Positions 60,901-64,000 of a stretch of DNA of 64,000 bases are shown in pieces (positions within the stretch are counted from its first letter, which is position 1; each line of letters opens with the position of its first letter). The position numbers and the translations under genes are program-made. The stretch is taken from NCBI RefSeq assembly GCF_964204645.1, contig NC_134026.1, positions 20,680,150 through 20,744,149 on the forward strand. The letters are read 5' to 3'. Below the pieces are notes generated by a model, which saw only the letters and a program-made list of their open reading frames with translations, had not been told where the DNA came from and did no database searches. Origin of the DNA: Tubulanus polymorphus. Taxonomy: Eukaryota; Animalia; Nemertea.

Positions 60901-63696
60901 AGCTGTTCTTGTATTTGATCCCTCGAAGGGTGCTCTTTATGGTGGAGCCATTAGATAAAGTTAACCTCACACAGCAGAGCTATACCAGCCAACAGACTTA
61001 AAATGGAATGGACTTGAAGGAGTTTTTCGCTAGTATAATTTTGCTCCATTTGTGTTGAATATTGCACATCTTTATTAATCACTAATAGGCCTATGTCTGA
61101 AGGTGATCTTTAACAACAGGCTTAAAGAATGGACACTCATGCCCAAAACCTGTAGGGAAAGCCTAAAGATCATATGATTTAGGCTAATTGTATGTATTTG
61201 ATATGGCAGATATCCAAATTGATGTAGATTGTTCTGGACAAATACTTGAGTTTATAACATAGGCTAACCAGTACAATGTTTATGCGTGTTCATTGGCCAT
61301 ATCAAAATATGAATTAATGCATTGCCCAGAAATTCCCTATTTCATATAGGGCTATTTAAAACAAGAGATCTTGGGAAAGTGTAGGACGTTAGAATTGGTG
61401 ATTTTTGTTGCAAAGCAGTTCTAATGGGGAAACTGCCATAGGCTGATCATACCTAATTTAACGGAATGTACATGTTTCACTGAGCTGAAAATTATGTAAA
61501 TTGAAAGTCTTTCTAAAAGATTCCTGATTGAGAAATCACTGCCTTTTTTATATCGAGTCAATATCCGTTTTCTGGATACTAAATTCAATATCCCCATGTT
61601 TTCTGGATTTTCAGTAAGTTGGTCGGTACGCCATATAGCTGTAGGCTTGTACGTAGTTAAAATCAGTTCCGATTTTTCCACTCTCCTCTGCGAAACTGGG
61701 CCCTCGGATTCCTACTAGACGCGTAAAACAAGAGTGCGTAAATTCACACTACACTTCATAAATATTCCATGTACATTAACGAGGTGATATTAATTACATT
61801 TCCGCGGGAACACAAGCCGAACGGAAACGCGCAGAAACTTTCCAAATCAATATTCATCGTTTGATAGACCGACATAGCTACGTTCGAGCTAGCTTCGATG
61901 AGAATCCGACAGAAAACATTTTCATTAATGTAACCGCTGTAAAAACATTGCATTTGTAGACATTCCGATGTGAATTGCTTTTGTTTTCATCGACCACTAC
62001 TGATATGTTTTCCGATAATGAAATTCGAGTCACCCCTTTTGACGAGTTTTCGATGTACTCCGCTTAATTAGTTTTCATACCGAGCACGTCAATCTTGTAT
62101 TGAGTACGTATATATTTTTTTGAATTGCTACCATTGAAAAATTGATTACAAATTTCTGTTCTATTTATGTGGGACTCGTATCAAATATCAAAACACAATC
62201 CGCGGCAGAAAAAATATTTATGGCTTGTGTAATTCAAGTTAACTATTGAAAGAAAACGACGGGCAAGATTCATTCTACATAAGATATACCACAATCAATC
62301 TTCATCTTCTAGATTGGTCGAATTTTTCTAAGAAAATATGGCACCAATGATTTCAAGCAGTCCGATATTCTGTCTGAATATTTGTTAAGTTATCCCACAA
62401 AATTGCAAATTCAATGGATAAAATGAGTTTACTAAAACATCTACTTTAATAGTTGAAACTTTCGTTAAAATTTTTCAAGTACCGGGTCTAGTGTGTTTAT
62501 TCATGTTTGGTTGCTTTTACTGTCCAGTCAATGTTAGAACTCTTACCAGGCAGGATATTTCGGACATTTCGTTTCTTTGCGAATCATTTTTCGGACTAAT
62601 TAATTCCCAATTAACCTGAACGTCATCGCAGATATCCCATGGTTCTAGCACAAAACGCTCATATCACTTTGCCAACCTGTTCTGAAAACGGGCTATTGTA
62701 GCGATTGTGTGCGCGCGCCAGAAACTCGATGTGGTTCCTCTACCAAACTCTCGTGCTCTGTATGGTACCTCTTCGGCGAGGGAAAATCGTGTGAAAACTT
62801 TCTGCTTTATTTCCATTGGTCAATTCTTTTTGTGTCGACAATAATTGCCGAAATGTAGGTAGACTAGCTGCAGTTCTCTCCAAATGATCAGGCTTTTTGT
62901 ATTATTACATAGCTTGATACTTCATAAGCATATCTACATTTGGAGTGGTGGAATATACCAATGACTTCCATATTTCAATTTTGGAAACTTCTTGGTCGAA
63001 AATTAGGTTTTACTCATCTCAGTAGTTATCGAAGTGAGTTTGTTAAATTTATTATATTACGTTTTCAAGGCATCCGATGTCCCCATTCTGGTAGGTGGAT
63101 AGTTTAATGGTCAAGTGGATAGTTTATTTGCTGCTTAGTTTGAATTTAGTGGGAAAAATCATGAGACACAAAATCCCAAGGAATATGATATACATGACCG
63201 GTTCAAGCTGTTAGATCTGGGAGTGCCCTTTTGAAAGAAAAAATATCGTTTTCAGGAATTCTTTACGAAATTATGCCATTTTCGATAAAGTGGTCTTATA
63301 ATTTCAAAATTTGGAGGTTCTTAAGTCTTGGATCCCCAACCCTGACTGGATTCATCCCTTGATATTATTAACAAAGTGTTGTTGTTTTAGTAATGGATAC
63401 CAGAAGTTAAATTCTAAAGACATTTTTCTCTTTTTCGTTTTAGGCGCATCTCTATTCATTGGGCATGACAATGTTTTTCTCGTCGCAGTACAACCCTAGT
63501 CCGCAACACCGGTTGAGTTTGAATCTGAATAAACTGCTCGCCGAGATGACCGCTGAGAGCTACGACGACCGAGCCGACTTCGACGAGGTCGTCGCGCAGT
63601 GCGCCGTCGCGTTGACCGAAGTGTCGTCGACGTCGATCTGTCAGGAATTGGCCTCGTCCGCGCGTAGGTCTGACAGTCGTTCCATATCCTATGAAG
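57970..63696 (+). CDS. KNDC1: KIND-domain protein KNDC1/very-KIND, first three coding exons (gene continues beyond the window)
   Basis: Exons 57970-58234, 58934-58989, 63444-63696 give ..TSLADVLSRRDSNLTELELWAICYEC..LCITPETLAFDSTGNVCF..DPEQLYVPPEY..AHLYSLGMT.., matching the KNDC1 N-terminal KIND (SLADILSLRD..LCITPDTLAFNTSGNVCF..AHIYSLG). 5'UTR acceptor at 57829. Confidence 0.88.
58435..58772. repeat. Diverged ~170-bp tandem duplication in the KNDC1 intron
   Basis: tttttcctac(a/g)attagcct..agaggtt..tgaataaaatgtaaat..tctatgaata.cc.taaat present twice. Confidence 0.75.
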
Positions 63697-64000
63697 GTAG
63701 GCCTGGGGATTTTTTTCATCGAAGCTTTCGTTTACACGCAGTTAACCACGCCTTAATCGGTAGCTAACGAACAGAGTTCCTCGTTAAAAAGTTCTTATTG
63801 ATATATTGGCCTCTCATATTAAATCGAGAAAAGAAACCTAGGCGAATTTATCGAAACATACTCAATTCTGAGTACCCCTACAAGTATAGTACCGGTACTC
63901 GATACATTTATCCAAGGGTATACTCAATTTTGGGTACCATATGCATGGTAACCCTCCTAAGTATACCCAAGATAAAAATGGCGGCCACTTGTATGCACTA

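Overview
Intron-rich, AT-rich animal (invertebrate-type) nuclear DNA, not prokaryotic; most ORF-track entries are exon fragments or spurious. Joining GT-AG exons by hand with consistent phases gave seven gene models. (1) A 10-exon, ~535-aa protein fusing an N-terminal TIR domain to a complete TMEM268-like two-TM module (4494-14748, +), the most unusual feature. (2-4) Three intact tandem 8-exon PIPOX/sarcosine oxidase paralogs (16915-28363, +) that have diverged at the flavinylation Cys and active-site residues; in two of them a MITE-like insertion replaced the PTS1-like C-terminus. (5) NDUFAF2 (29419-32347, +). (6) A greatly expanded ~1064-aa SPATA1 (35519-54616, -). (7) The first three coding exons of KNDC1/very-KIND (57970 onward, +), divergent from SPATA1. 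Mobile and repeat DNA includes a DD41-type Tc1/mariner relic, RTE-X-like LINE ends, MITEs, Penelope-type palindromes with minimal hammerhead-ribozyme motifs, and a nested TIR element filled with a 20-bp palindromic array. Family assignments rest on motifs I recognise from memory, not on database searches; splice models are predictions.
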